Shown here: one piece after another, positions 39,912-49,776 of the stretch
How the letters are laid out: each line of letters opens with the position of its first letter
Position numbering within the stretch: the first letter of the stretch is position 1
Source: Candidatus Latescibacterota bacterium
GTDB taxonomy: Bacteria > Latescibacterota > UBA2968 > GCA-2709665
Direction: 5' to 3'
Length of the DNA: 64,000 nucleotides
Assembly: GCA_965205485.1 (NCBI GenBank)
Contig: OZ242180.1
Coordinates: 4,480,001-4,544,000 of the forward strand
Program-made: the position numbers and the translations under genes
Notes under the pieces: model-generated
Told to the model about the DNA's origin: nothing
What the model saw: only the letters and a program-made list of their open reading frames with translations
The model's database searches: none

Positions 39912-40886
39912 ATGAAGAAAATGCTTTTCAGGTCCGGCGCGATCGCACTGCTCGCGGCCTTCGCCTGCCAGATTCCTGAAGACGTTAATGCAGGCGCATG
40001 GACGCTTCCCGGGAAACACATATGGTGCAAGGTTGCCGTCCTGGGCCAGACGACACACGAAGAATACGTCGGCGCGTCGGGATCGGGAAGAGGGCCGGAT
40101 CCCGCAAGGGTCTACAACGCCGGAAACCGCGCCCCGTACCGGTTTAACGGCAGGTATCGTTCCCGCGCCCTGTTCTTCGATCTGTTCTACGGCGCGACCG
40201 ACAGGATCGACGTCGGCATCCAGTTGCCCTTCTTCCGACAGGAGTATCAGGACACACCGCTCCTCACCGGTTTTGGAGAACCGCGGCGGGCGACCGGTTT
40301 CGGAGACATTCGCGGATTCCTCAAGGTCAACCTGTTCAACCTGCGCACCCTGGGCACGTTGAAGTTGGGTTTCAAGGCCCCTTCCGGCGAATTTGTCAAC
40401 GAAGACGGTCTGGTTCCGGTTGGAGAGGGACAGTGGGACTTCGACGCCGCCTTTCAACTGGGCAGGTCCTTCTGGCCCATGCCCGTCTATGCCAACGCCG
40501 ATATCGGCTACAGGCTGCGCTTGAGGAACGCAGAGACCGACCGGGATCCCGGAAACGAGTGGACCTACCTCGCGGAAGCCGGCGTACGGGTGCGTCGTAC
40601 GGCGATGATCGGCGTCAAGGTCCACGGTATCCGGGGCAAGGCCGCTGCCGTCTTCGGCGCCAGAATCCAGTCGGACATCAAGAGGATCAGCTATGTTTCG
40701 CCGTGGATCAGCCTGGGGCCATTCCGCGGGTTTACGCTGGAAACAGCAATGAACATTTCGGTCCACGGCCGCAACTATCCGGCCGGCTGGATGGCCGTGG
40801 TCGGCCTCTCCTATCAGGGTAATGTGTTTCCACGGGACATCGAGTCCGGCGTTAGACGAACGGTTCGATTGAGAGGTGTGAGATGA
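39912..40886 (+). CDS. Hypothetical exported beta-barrel-like protein
   Basis: Signal peptide ending AGAWT; GFGD and VGEGQWD motifs; amphipathic strands. Confidence 0.7.
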   Translation: MKKMLFRSGAIALLAAFACQIPEDVNAGAWTLPGKHIWCKVAVLGQTTHEEYVGASGSGRGPDPARVYNAGNRAPYRFNGRYRSRALFFDLFYGATDRIDVGIQLPFFRQEYQDTPLLTGFGEPRRATGFGDIRGFLKVNLFNLRTLGTLKLGFKAPSGEFVNEDGLVPVGEGQWDFDAAFQLGRSFWPMPVYANADIGYRLRLRNAETDRDPGNEWTYLAEAGVRVRRTAMIGVKVHGIRGKAAAVFGARIQSDIKRISYVSPWISLGPFRGFTLETAMNISVHGRNYPAGWMAVVGLSYQGNVFPRDIESGVRRTVRLRGVR

Positions 40887-41647
40887 ACCTGTCCGAGACG
40901 CAGGTGGATCAGTTTCGGGAAGATGGTGTGCTTGTGGTGGAGGACCTGCTCGACGCCGATGAAGTCGAGGCGGTTCTCGCAAGGGCCGAATGGGTTGCCA
41001 GCGGGCGGGCCCGCCACATTCCCGCGAGACTGTTGCAACTGGAGCCCGACGTGAACGCGGGAAAGGCGGCGGCCGGCGCCTTTGCGGACTACTTGAGGAA
41101 GATGAGCCATCTCGCGTTCTTCGACGGCGTATTCGAGTCCCACGCACGCAATCCGAAGATATTGGACGTGATCGAGTCCCTGCTCGGTCCCGACCTCAAG
41201 CTCTATCAGGACCAGTGGTTTATGAAGCCGCCCAAAATTGGCTCCCGGCAACCGTACCACCAGGATATGCCGCTTGGATTCCACATCGACCCGCCCGATA
41301 TGGTCACCTGCTGGGCGGCGTTGAATGATGCGACGATCGAAAACGGATGCCTCTGGATGCTGCCCGGCACCCACCGGTTCGGCATCATACCCAGAGAGAA
41401 ATGGGCGGACTATGAAGAAATGTCATTGGACGGCAGACTGCCGGAAGAACGACCCATAGAATTGAAAGCCGGCAGTTGCAGCTTTCACCACGGGCTGATC
41501 CTGCACTGCAGCCGGCCGAACAGATCCGATCTGCGCCGGCGGGGCTATGCCACGCACTATGTCAGCGCAAGGTGCCGCTACACAGGCCCGGCTGAAGATA
41601 ACGACGCCATGCTGGTCAGAGGCGAATCCGTTTCGGGTTGTATCTGA
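40883..41647 (+). CDS. Phytanoyl-CoA dioxygenase (PhyH) family protein
   Basis: YHQD, CWAALNDATIENGCLWMLPGTH, LHCS..N.S..RR. Confidence 0.93.
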   Translation: MNLSETQVDQFREDGVLVVEDLLDADEVEAVLARAEWVASGRARHIPARLLQLEPDVNAGKAAAGAFADYLRKMSHLAFFDGVFESHARNPKILDVIESLLGPDLKLYQDQWFMKPPKIGSRQPYHQDMPLGFHIDPPDMVTCWAALNDATIENGCLWMLPGTHRFGIIPREKWADYEEMSLDGRLPEERPIELKAGSCSFHHGLILHCSRPNRSDLRRRGYATHYVSARCRYTGPAEDNDAMLVRGESVSGCI

Positions 41648-41753
41648 AATCGCGCGAATCCGGCGGCGGCAACGGCGGGCCGATCGCCGGCATAATAATC
41701 AGAAGGTCAGGTCGTCCGTCAATCGGTCGACGCTTAACGAAAGGAAGCGCGCC

Positions 41754-42380
41754 ATGAAAATCGCAATTGTATTCCTGACTGTTGCGGCGTCGATATGGGG
41801 AACGCCGGCGCAGGCGGACATTTTTCCGGGAGAAGAACCGGAAGAAGAAGCAGGAGCAACGCTGAGTCCCATTCGGGCGGGGCGTCTGGAAATCATCCCG
41901 ATACTGTCGGCTGGCATTAACGACGGTGGTGAAGTCTTCTATCGGGGCGGCGTGTCGGTTGGGTATGCATTGAGCCGCCTGCACCAGATCGGCGGTTCCT
42001 TCGTGGTGGGCAACCGGGCATACGATCGCTTTGGCGAACGGACGGGAGCTATCGAAACGCCGGTCACGCCCGTGCAGACCACGGCCGGATATCCTGTTTC
42101 GTCCGAAGACGGATTCGGCTCCTCGCTGTCCGGATTCTACAGGCTCAACCTTCCGCTGAGAGTGGACAGGCGCACATCCCCGTTCCTCGAGGTGTTCGCC
42201 GCCAGAGATTACTGGGGGTGGGCCGGCGTAAGCGAAGTGGGCGGAGGCATAGGATTCAGGAGATCAATGTCCAACCGGACGGCGCTCACCACCCGTTACG
42301 CTTACGTCGCGCTGTTCAACGACGGCGAGCGCCGGAACCGCCACGTCGCGACCATCGGGGTCTCGATGTTCTTCAGGTAG
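41754..42380 (+). CDS. Hypothetical outer-membrane beta-barrel protein
   Basis: Signal peptide AQA, amphipathic strands, C-terminal IGVSMFFR. Confidence 0.7.
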   Translation: MKIAIVFLTVAASIWGTPAQADIFPGEEPEEEAGATLSPIRAGRLEIIPILSAGINDGGEVFYRGGVSVGYALSRLHQIGGSFVVGNRAYDRFGERTGAIETPVTPVQTTAGYPVSSEDGFGSSLSGFYRLNLPLRVDRRTSPFLEVFAARDYWGWAGVSEVGGGIGFRRSMSNRTALTTRYAYVALFNDGERRNRHVATIGVSMFFR

Positions 42381-42537
42381 ACCCCGGCAGAACGAAATAC
42401 ACTTCGCCCGGTCCCGCGCCAGAGGGGCCGGGCGATTTGTGGCATGAACAGGACTCCCGACGCCGGCGGATTCGTCGGCCGGCTGAAACCATTCGACCGG
42501 TACCACTGGACATCCACGCCCGGGACAGACCGTCAAG

Positions 42538-43767
42538 ATGCCGTCGATCGCACGATTTTCATTCTCTCTTCAGCTCGCCATGCTGCTTTTGTGCGTCTTC
42601 AATTGTGGTGAAGAGACGCCCGTCGATTCAAAAGACGAACCCGAAAGCTCCGGCGGCCGGACGTTCAGGACCATCCTCCAGGACAACTCGGGGCGCGGCG
42701 CCGACTCCAGCCGGATCAGCTCGGTCGAATTCACCGGGCGCAATTTCCTGAACCCCCTGACGTTTCCTCACGACAGAATCGAGAGCGTTTACGAAAAAGA
42801 CGCAACCCGCGCCCTGATCGACCCGCGGTTCGTTCCGTTCGCATCCGCGGAGGCTCAATATCTTTCAGATGACGACCTGGTCATCGGCGTGCGCCTCAAC
42901 GGCGTCTCCAAAGCCTATCCCCACAAGATGGTGTGGTACCATCTGATCGTCAACGACCGGATTGGCGGGCAACCCATAGCGGTAACGTTCTCGCCGTTAA
43001 CCGGCAGCGGCATTGTATTCGCGGCGTGGAGCGGCGGTGCAATCAACCGGCTGAAGTTCGGCGCGTCCGGAGAACTCTTCAACAACAACCTGATCATGTA
43101 CGATCTGAACGACGACCAGATTCGCTATCCACAGATGACCCACACGGGCATCTCGGGCGTCAGGGCGGGATGGGTATTGAATACGCCGCCCTTCGTGGAA
43201 ACCACGTGGCGATACTGGAAACAGCTCCATCCGGACACGTTCGTCATCAGCATCAACACGCCGGGCGCCTATGACGCAAGCGAATATGACGTATACCCTT
43301 ACGGAATATACCGGGATCCCGATTCCGCGCCAAAGTTCCAGGTGTTCCCGCGCCTTGAAGACAATCCGCTCGCAGGTCTGTATTCACCGAAGGAAATGAC
43401 TTTCGGCGTTCGGTTTATCGAAAAACCGAAAGCATATCCCGCGTCGGCGCTGGGTGACGAGGCGGTGATCAACGACACCCTGGCGGGGAGAAACATCGTT
43501 GTGGTATGGTATGGCGCCGAACAGATGGCTGTCGCCTTCAGTCGGGACTACGGACAGCAGACTCTGGTCTTCGACCGGATTCCGTCGGCGTCTCAGACGT
43601 ATCCCTTTATGCTGCGGGACCGGGAGACGCTCACCACCTGGGACTTGAAGGGGCGGGCGATTGCGGGCCCACTGAAGGACAGCGTTCTGCAGCAGGTCCC
43701 CGGGCACAGCGCGTTCTGGTTTGCCTGGATTACATTCTGGCAGGACACGGAAGTGTATGAAGATTAG
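42538..43767 (+). CDS. DUF3179 domain lipoprotein (Ser form)
   Basis: Lipobox-like VFNC; collinear paralog of 38623-39792 with TFSPLTG, FNNNLIMYD and FWFAWITF. Confidence 0.88.
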   Translation: MPSIARFSFSLQLAMLLLCVFNCGEETPVDSKDEPESSGGRTFRTILQDNSGRGADSSRISSVEFTGRNFLNPLTFPHDRIESVYEKDATRALIDPRFVPFASAEAQYLSDDDLVIGVRLNGVSKAYPHKMVWYHLIVNDRIGGQPIAVTFSPLTGSGIVFAAWSGGAINRLKFGASGELFNNNLIMYDLNDDQIRYPQMTHTGISGVRAGWVLNTPPFVETTWRYWKQLHPDTFVISINTPGAYDASEYDVYPYGIYRDPDSAPKFQVFPRLEDNPLAGLYSPKEMTFGVRFIEKPKAYPASALGDEAVINDTLAGRNIVVVWYGAEQMAVAFSRDYGQQTLVFDRIPSASQTYPFMLRDRETLTTWDLKGRAIAGPLKDSVLQQVPGHSAFWFAWITFWQDTEVYED

Positions 43768-43768
43768 C

Positions 43769-44368
43769 TCACGTCGCCAGGTACAGGGCGACAACAACCC
43801 ATACCACGAGAAAGCCTGTCCCGCAGCCCGCCACGACCTCAGGCAGAGAGTGTGCACCCAGAACCATGCGCGCCCACGAAACCGCCAGTGGAACGGGCAG
43901 CCAGTACAGGACCGATGGCCCGATCAGATGATGGAGCATTGCCAGCGGACCGAACGCGCCCGCGCCGTGAAGGCTGATCTTCCATCGCGTGTTCGCCGCG
44001 GCGGCCAGCAGCCCCAACACGACGTAACTGAGCAAAAAAGCGCTCAACGGCGGCGGCGCGCCGGAGGCGCGCAGCAGGATGAATCCCGCAAAACAACTCG
44101 TGGAACTCACCAGGAGCGGAATCAGCCGGCGGGACCGAGCCGCGATATAGAATCCGTCCACCTTCCTGCGCGCGACGAGGAAACCCACGTACAGCAGAGG
44201 GAGACAGGTTGCGAATATCAAGCAGATACCCAGCCACCATATGCGATGGTTCGGAGGCGCCGGGATCCTTGAAATCAACAGGATCGACACACCGCCCGCC
44301 GCGAGCGGGGGGCTGAATATCGCCGATATTATCCTCGCGACAGCCCGCTGAGCGTTGAATTGGGTCAT
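43769..44368 (-). CDS. PAP2-like membrane protein
   Basis: WKISLH and WARMVLGAHSLPEVVAG motifs; multiple TM segments. Confidence 0.75.
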   Translation of the reverse strand: MTQFNAQRAVARIISAIFSPPLAAGGVSILLISRIPAPPNHRIWWLGICLIFATCLPLLYVGFLVARRKVDGFYIAARSRRLIPLLVSSTSCFAGFILLRASGAPPPLSAFLLSYVVLGLLAAAANTRWKISLHGAGAFGPLAMLHHLIGPSVLYWLPVPLAVSWARMVLGAHSLPEVVAGCGTGFLVVWVVVALYLAT

Positions 44369-44498
44369 TGGGCCTCGCAAAAAACACACAACGCGGGGAA
44401 GACCCCGCTCAAAATGCACCCATGCGACGCGACAATATACGTATTGAATGCTCGAAATCCCGTCTCTTTCTCGTCAGACGGGATGCCGGTGTTGCGGC

Positions 44499-44527
44499 TT
44501 GACACAGCCGGCCATATGTTCTATACT
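44499..44527 (+). promoter_or_regulatory. Near-consensus sigma70 promoter
   Basis: TTGACA-N17-TATACT. Confidence 0.8.
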
Positions 44528-44592
44528 GACCAGGAGTTGATTACCGACGCGGGGAGTCGGTTTTTTCGTTTTTGCGCACCGTTCAGGCTTTA

Positions 44593-44780
44593 GAAGCTGT
44601 CTTAAAATTCCCGGCGGTCTTCGCACGGCTGCAAAAGCGCCGGTCGGCGTTGGTCAAACCCACCCAAGAGTGGCGAGGGGCGCGCAGCCACGATACATTG
44701 AATATGGGCGGATCTGCCCTCCTTGACCGCCGCATTTTCGCTCGTGCTCGCGAACTCACCGGTAATTTTAAAACATCTTC
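44593..44780. mobile_element. MITE-like repeat family A, copy 2 (188 bp)
   Basis: TIRs GAAGCTGTCTTAAAA / TTTTAAAACATCTTC; flanked by TTA and TCA. Confidence 0.9.
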
Positions 44781-44804
44781 TCAGGAACGCAGAACCCAGG
44801 GTGA

Positions 44805-47360
44805 ATGATGAAGTTGCGAGCCGTACTCAGCCTCCAGCCCACCAGAAGGCTCCACGGGATCGCCGCTGCAAACGGCCTGACGATTCAACCCGGCGCCAAC
44901 AAGACGGTGATGATCGACACGCTGTGTCGTCATCTTTCCAACCCGTCGGTGGTCCGCAAAAACCTGGATGTGCTTGAGCGCCAACACAGGGAATTTGTCG
45001 TCGATCTGGCCGCGGAGGGAGGCGAGCTACTCAAGGAAGACGCCATAGACGAGTTGGGGGCGGGATTCACCCACCGCTTCCAGACCATGCAGGACACGGT
45101 CTCGGAAGTCGGCCTGGTCTTTGAAGATGCCGAAACACTGGGGACAGGCGTCACCCTCGTGGGTATACCGGAACCGATCCTGAAGGCCATTCCCCTGCCG
45201 GCCAGTGATCAGGGAAGGCTCCGCCGCCTGATGCAGTCGCGGTCGATCGGGCTTCTTCGCGCATTCGCGAACGAACTGGGCTGCCCGGTTGAAGATTCCC
45301 GACGCGCTTTTTTGGCGCGCACCATCCGCAACAGACTGCTGGACCCGGAGTATCTGAAAGCCTACATTGCAAGCCTGCCGGAAACGAAGAGAACCATTCT
45401 CGATCACGCCATGGCCGGTAATGCCGTCACGCAGGCCGAAATCCTCAGCGCCATGGGCGAAGACGGACTGCGTGCGCTCGATGAAATGGTATGGAAGACG
45501 CCCCTGTTCTACCATTCGACGGATCGACTCCTGGCCGATACACACATGCATCTGGCTACAGATCTGAAGCCGGCAATGCAGGCTCTGGGCGACCGGATCG
45601 ATGACGCGTTCGAGAAAAACGTGGTGAGCTCCGGGCCGGACCCCTCTTTGACAAGGGAGCAGACGTCCTTATTGGTACCCAATCTGTGTACCCTTCTCGG
45701 ATTTGTCGAGCAGCGCAGGCCGCGAGTTTTGAAACAGGGCGGCGTTTCCAGGGCACGGCTCCGGGATGTGAGAAAATACTACCGGGGCGACATCGATCCG
45801 GGTTATTCCGAGTTCCTGCTGCTGTTTGCCGAAACGACCGGATTCATCCGGCGGGATGCCGGTACATGGCGTCTCGCCGGTGACGTCGCCGACCGGCTCT
45901 CCAGTGTGTTCGACGTACGCAATGAGTTCTTCACGCTCTGGCGGGAGACCGACCGCTGGAATGAATGGACCGCGGAACGATCCGGCACGCGGGTACGCAA
46001 CAGGACCGACACGCTCAGAGCGCTTCGCCAAGACCTGCTGGACTGCCTTGCCAGTTGTCCCGAGGACAGCTGGATATCCTATCCCCGGTTCTACACGTTG
46101 CTGACGCGCCGGTCCGAATCTTTCGCCCACCTCGACGGCCATCCGCCGGCAGCGCGAGACCCTGTCGGCGGCGGCGGAGACGAACTGCTCAGACGCATTC
46201 TCGTTTCCGCGCTGACATGGATGGGCATTGTCGCCCTTGGGAATCCCGACGCTTTCAGCGAGCCACTCCAGCCGGACCACCGCGGAGTCTTCAAACTCAC
46301 CGGACCCGGCGCGGCGCTCATCCATGGACGCGAGCCCGTGAGTTCCAACGGAGAAACGTCGACGCGCCGCAACGGACGGTTTATCCTGCAACCAAACCTT
46401 GAAATCCTCTCGCCGCCGGACCTGTCGTTCGCCCTGTACATGCGTCTGTTCGCCATTGCGGAACTCAAGGAAGTTGACGTACTGTCAAGATTCCGGGTGT
46501 CGCCGCAGACTGTCCACCAGGCCATGAGCAGGGGATGGGACGGAGCTTCGCTCAGGACGTTCTTTCTGACCCACAGCGCCACCGGATTGCCGGAAATGGT
46601 GGACGCCCTGATCCAGGAGTGCGAACGCAAACACGGCGAAATCGAAATCGCGCCGGCCTCCGGCTATCTGGTCAGCGAACGACCCGAACTGCTGGACGAA
46701 CTCCTGGTACAGAAAAAGGTTGCATCCCTTCTCGGCGTTCGGCTTTCGCCAACGTCGGCCGCACTCGACCCGTCGACGCGCATCGACGAACTTGTGGATG
46801 CCCTGAACAGGCGAGGCTATATGCCGAACGTGGCCGGCGGAAAGCCCGACGATGAACCGCACAACATTGCGCTGAAACGTTCGGAACTGCTGCAACTGGC
46901 GGGACTGCTTGAGTCCGCCGTACATTCTTGCACCGCTCGTTCGATTCCGCTGCCGGAGGTACTGGAACGCCTCCGGCAACGGGTCCGAAGGTGCCTCCAG
47001 GGCATTCCTGACAGCGAGTGCAGAAGCGCCTTGAACGACTATTGCCGGTCCTTCGAGCCGATGTTCAGAGGCGGGCCGTACGGCGACGACATCCAGGCGT
47101 TCTCGCAGTACGAGGGCGCCAACCCGGCCGTCTGCGAGGGCGATATCAGCCGACTCGTCGAATACGCCATTGAACATCGACTCTGCCTTGAGATCGTCTA
47201 CATGGCCGAACGCAGCGCCAAAGCCACATCCCGTTTCGTTGAGCCGATTCTTGTGGATCGCGGAATGCTATATGGCTTCTGCAGGCACCGCAAGGGCGAA
47301 CGGCCGTTCCGGATCGACAGGATTGAAAGCGCCCGACTGACGATTGCGATATCGGAATGA
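44805..47360 (+). CDS. Helicase-associated (Helicase_C_3 / XPB N-terminal-like) protein with C-terminal WYL domain
   Basis: FILQPNLEIL..FAIAEL..FRVSPQTV..GW..FLTHS..LP block; C-terminal IVY..RFVEP..GFC..R.FRIDRI; no Walker motifs seen. Confidence 0.8.
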   Translation: MMKLRAVLSLQPTRRLHGIAAANGLTIQPGANKTVMIDTLCRHLSNPSVVRKNLDVLERQHREFVVDLAAEGGELLKEDAIDELGAGFTHRFQTMQDTVSEVGLVFEDAETLGTGVTLVGIPEPILKAIPLPASDQGRLRRLMQSRSIGLLRAFANELGCPVEDSRRAFLARTIRNRLLDPEYLKAYIASLPETKRTILDHAMAGNAVTQAEILSAMGEDGLRALDEMVWKTPLFYHSTDRLLADTHMHLATDLKPAMQALGDRIDDAFEKNVVSSGPDPSLTREQTSLLVPNLCTLLGFVEQRRPRVLKQGGVSRARLRDVRKYYRGDIDPGYSEFLLLFAETTGFIRRDAGTWRLAGDVADRLSSVFDVRNEFFTLWRETDRWNEWTAERSGTRVRNRTDTLRALRQDLLDCLASCPEDSWISYPRFYTLLTRRSESFAHLDGHPPAARDPVGGGGDELLRRILVSALTWMGIVALGNPDAFSEPLQPDHRGVFKLTGPGAALIHGREPVSSNGETSTRRNGRFILQPNLEILSPPDLSFALYMRLFAIAELKEVDVLSRFRVSPQTVHQAMSRGWDGASLRTFFLTHSATGLPEMVDALIQECERKHGEIEIAPASGYLVSERPELLDELLVQKKVASLLGVRLSPTSAALDPSTRIDELVDALNRRGYMPNVAGGKPDDEPHNIALKRSELLQLAGLLESAVHSCTARSIPLPEVLERLRQRVRRCLQGIPDSECRSALNDYCRSFEPMFRGGPYGDDIQAFSQYEGANPAVCEGDISRLVEYAIEHRLCLEIVYMAERSAKATSRFVEPILVDRGMLYGFCRHRKGERPFRIDRIESARLTIAISE

Positions 47361-47430
47361 TGCGGCGGGGGCGTCCACCGCGGCGCCACAGCCGTGCCGT
47401 ACAGACCCGCGAAAACGGAAGGTGCGCCAC

Positions 47431-47459
47431 TTGACACGCCACACCGCAGAAACTATATT
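47431..47459 (+). promoter_or_regulatory. Sigma70-type promoter
   Basis: TTGACA-N17-TATATT. Confidence 0.7.
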
Positions 47460-47555
47460 GCGCAACGCGCATCGACGCGCTTACCGGCATTGGTCTGATG
47501 CCCGTCAACGAACGTGGATCGGGCGGCCTTGCCCTTGACTTTCAGGAATCCCGCT

Positions 47556-48371
47556 ATGCCGCTGAAATACTCCATTCGCGAAAATATGGCGCCTGGGAAT
47601 ACCATTCTGGAGAAATTCCGCAATCTCGCGGAGATCGGCATCGAAGGCATCGAAATCACCACCAGCAGTTCAGCGGCGCACGCAGGCGAGATCCGGAAGG
47701 CCTCCGCGCAAACCGGCGTCACCCCCAACATCTTTTCCATCCGGGGATCGATGGGCCTCCTCGATGCCAGGCTCGAGGAACGCAGGCGGGCGGCGCAAGA
47801 CCTTAAGGACGCGCTCACACTCTGCGGCGACCTGGGCGGCGTCGGGGTTATATTCCCTCCGTTGATCGCGATTAAACTACAGGGTGGCCACCGAATACCT
47901 GACCTGTCCCCGTTTGCGACCACCGCGCGCCTGGAATCGAGGCTGCTCACCGAAATCCTGAAACACGATATCGGTCCGCACGCCGAAGCCTGTGGATGCA
48001 GCGTCATCATCGAACCGCTCAACCGGTATGAACAATGGTGGCCGTGCACCCTCGCGGACGGTCTTGAGATCTGCAATGCCGTCGACAGCCCCGGTGTCAC
48101 TCTCATGGCGGACTTCTTTCACATGAGCATTGAAGAGTCCAATATGGCGGAAGCGATCCGCAACTGCGGATACCGGATCACGAACGTACATCTGGCCGAC
48201 AGCAACCGGGTTCTCCCGGGCTATGGGCATACCGACTTCACGCCCGCCCTGAAGGCCCTGGAAGATGTCGGTTACGGGTATTTCAGCGGTTTCGAATGCG
48301 CCATCCCGCCCGGAAGCGACCCCAAAGCTGAACTCAGGAAGTCCATGGACTATCTCGACGGTCTCCGATAG
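47556..48371 (+). CDS. Sugar phosphate isomerase/epimerase TIM barrel
   Basis: IEPLNRYE, DFFHMSIEE and HLADSNR..PG.GH. Confidence 0.9.
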   Translation: MPLKYSIRENMAPGNTILEKFRNLAEIGIEGIEITTSSSAAHAGEIRKASAQTGVTPNIFSIRGSMGLLDARLEERRRAAQDLKDALTLCGDLGGVGVIFPPLIAIKLQGGHRIPDLSPFATTARLESRLLTEILKHDIGPHAEACGCSVIIEPLNRYEQWWPCTLADGLEICNAVDSPGVTLMADFFHMSIEESNMAEAIRNCGYRITNVHLADSNRVLPGYGHTDFTPALKALEDVGYGYFSGFECAIPPGSDPKAELRKSMDYLDGLR

Positions 48372-48421
48372 GATTCTCCGTTTCTATCACACTGACAACT
48401 CCCGACACACCGGAGCCACCA

Positions 48422-48832
48422 ATGGACCACCCATCGGAAAAAAGCCTGAAGCGTATGTGGGTCTACTTCGAGAAATACTGCGAGAAAACCGGTACGACAG
48501 GTCATCCCGACCAGGGCATCACGGAAGCGGTCGTCAACGGTCTTGCGGCCCACGTCGATGAGTTCGGGCGTCCATTGTGCCCGTGCAACTTCTATCCGGA
48601 CAAAAAAGCGGAATTGGAACGCAGCAGGGAATGGATCTGCGCCTGCGACGAGATGAAAATCTACAAATACTGCCATTGCCTGCTTTTTGTCACCCCCGAA
48701 GGCCTGCCCGTCACCGAATACCTGCCGGAAGGACACGAAGGCCGGGAGTCCTACGGACTGGTAAAGGATCCTACCCCCGACAAGGGCCGGGAATCCCGCC
48801 GCCGCGCCGCCGAGAAAGAGTCCGGTAAGTGA
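48422..48832 (+). CDS. Ferredoxin-thioredoxin reductase catalytic subunit family
   Basis: CPC-x17-CAC-x8-CHC motif followed by LLF. Confidence 0.88.
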   Translation: MDHPSEKSLKRMWVYFEKYCEKTGTTGHPDQGITEAVVNGLAAHVDEFGRPLCPCNFYPDKKAELERSREWICACDEMKIYKYCHCLLFVTPEGLPVTEYLPEGHEGRESYGLVKDPTPDKGRESRRRAAEKESGK

Positions 48833-48873
48833 AAGCCTGACCCGCGCCCTTGCCGGTCCACGGCAGAACCCGA

Positions 48874-49776
48874 TCAGGATTCGGTCACGAATGCGCCCGA
48901 AAGCGAATCGGCCGGGAGTTCTGCCAGAAAAACCATCTCGTCTTCCACGTCTTGCATCAACAGCATCCGCAGGTGCGAATCGTCAGCCGCGTTGCGCGCC
49001 ATCCCCTTCGCCTTTGCCATCACCTTGTCGCGCGCCCAGGCCGCCATGCCTTCCGGTCCGAGACAGTCGGTTTCGAATGCCGATATCTCGCGTGAGCCGG
49101 GGACAAGTGTGTCGAGGTCCAGCGCCAGCGCCAGGATCAGATGTCGAACGAAATCGCTGAACCCGCACTCGTTCACTGCCTCGGCAAAGGGCTGCAGAAC
49201 GGACGACGGAAGAAGCCGGATGAAGCTCACGCGTGCGTGCAGTTCCTGAAACCTGGCGTAATCCTTCAGCGGGTCCACGTGGTCTTCGTCTTCGTCCTCC
49301 CCAGCGGCAACCATCCAGGTCTCCGGCACCACGCGGGACCAGCGCTCGATTTGAGAGGCGTAGTCACGCAATAGCCGCGACTCCGGCCTTCCCGGGATCG
49401 AGCGGCATACGCGAACCATCTCCTCAAGACGCACGAACGCTTCCTCCCAACCCCGTTTTCGGATTTTCTCGAAATCGCCTTCGGCCAGCAGGTCCACGCC
49501 CCGGTTGAGATCCTGCTCCGAGATCATGGTCAGGCCCAGTTCGAGGCTGATCAGCGCCTTGCCCACCCCCTGCTCCAGAACATCCCGTGATACGGTGATC
49601 CCGGTCCGGTACCGCTGGCCGAATCTCAATCCCGTTGTACGCAGATAGGCCAGCAGAACGTCGGGTGTTCGTGCGGACAGTCTTCCATACTTGACCCCCA
49701 GGGCGATAGCCTGTCCCAGGTACCCCTCCGATTCGACCCTGAGTTTATCGAAATCAACGCCTGTCGGAAGTTTCAT
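48874..49776 (-). CDS. Hypothetical helical protein (possibly related to DUF6178 C-terminus / DUF6179)
   Basis: Start MKLPTG overlaps the upstream gene end by 23 bp; ISLELGL..DL..GVDLL..F..GW block; family from recall only. Confidence 0.65.
   Translation of the reverse strand: MKLPTGVDFDKLRVESEGYLGQAIALGVKYGRLSARTPDVLLAYLRTTGLRFGQRYRTGITVSRDVLEQGVGKALISLELGLTMISEQDLNRGVDLLAEGDFEKIRKRGWEEAFVRLEEMVRVCRSIPGRPESRLLRDYASQIERWSRVVPETWMVAAGEDEDEDHVDPLKDYARFQELHARVSFIRLLPSSVLQPFAEAVNECGFSDFVRHLILALALDLDTLVPGSREISAFETDCLGPEGMAAWARDKVMAKAKGMARNAADDSHLRMLLMQDVEDEMVFLAELPADSLSGAFVTES

Noticed and set aside
38623..43767. Selenocysteine in the DUF3179 genes
   Set aside because: Both frames are open with TGC or TCG at the motif; there is no in-frame TGA
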